DNA from: Octopus sinensis
Lineage: Eukaryota
Assembly: GCF_006345805.1 (NCBI RefSeq)
Contig: NW_021832083.1
Location: 1-33,067 of the forward strand
Direction: 5' to 3'
DNA length: 33,067 bases
Part shown: piece after piece, positions 32,831 to 33,067 of the stretch
Position numbering within the stretch: the first letter of the stretch is position 1
Layout of the letters: each line of letters opens with the position of its first letter
The notes under the pieces: generated by a model
Told to the model about the DNA's origin: nothing
Databases searched by the model: none
The model's input: only the letters and a program-made list of their open reading frames with translations
Program-made: the position numbers and the translations under genes

Positions 32831-33067
32831 TGAGATAACAAAGCCAAGGTTGTGAGGAGTTTTTCGGACATTTATAATGAAATAGTCTTACTAGTGTGTG
32901 TGCACTTGAAGAATTCCGGTATGTTTTTTGAAACCCGACAGTGTTGATAGCCCAGTATTCGGGTTGAGAGCTTCTCTGGAAATACCCTACCTCTTGGATA
33001 TTATGGAAAAGGTGGAGATAGGGAATATAGAGGGAAATAAGAGAATGACAGTAGAAATAAGATATAT

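Overview
AT-rich, repeat-saturated eukaryotic DNA with no recognisable host protein-coding gene. The SINE families and microsatellite load resemble an octopus/cephalopod genome (inference from repeat style, not a database match). Contents: one apparently intact tRNA-Ile(AAT) gene (11199-11272, -); about 25 SINE copies or fragments in 3-4 tRNA-derived families; a full-length decayed mariner (3127-4408); a decayed hAT transposase (21908-24715); a decayed Penelope-like element (PLE, RT + GIY-YIG, 30770-32645); LINE endonuclease and RT remnants; a probable non-autonomous Helitron; and many microsatellites. The most interesting signal is up to nine type-I hammerhead-ribozyme-like motifs found by eye. 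Most sit in short modules anchored in (TA)n tracts. Most have a self-complementary stem III, typical of PLE dimeric hammerheads, and several carry core variants (C4, U3, U3/A8). PLE hammerheads are a known class; their density, variant cores and a possible 301-nt two-ribozyme unit are what merit follow-up. Several recent local duplications and inversions are also present. All folds, alignments and family names were done by eye and need computational confirmation. Most ORFs in the supplied track are SINE or microsatellite artefacts.
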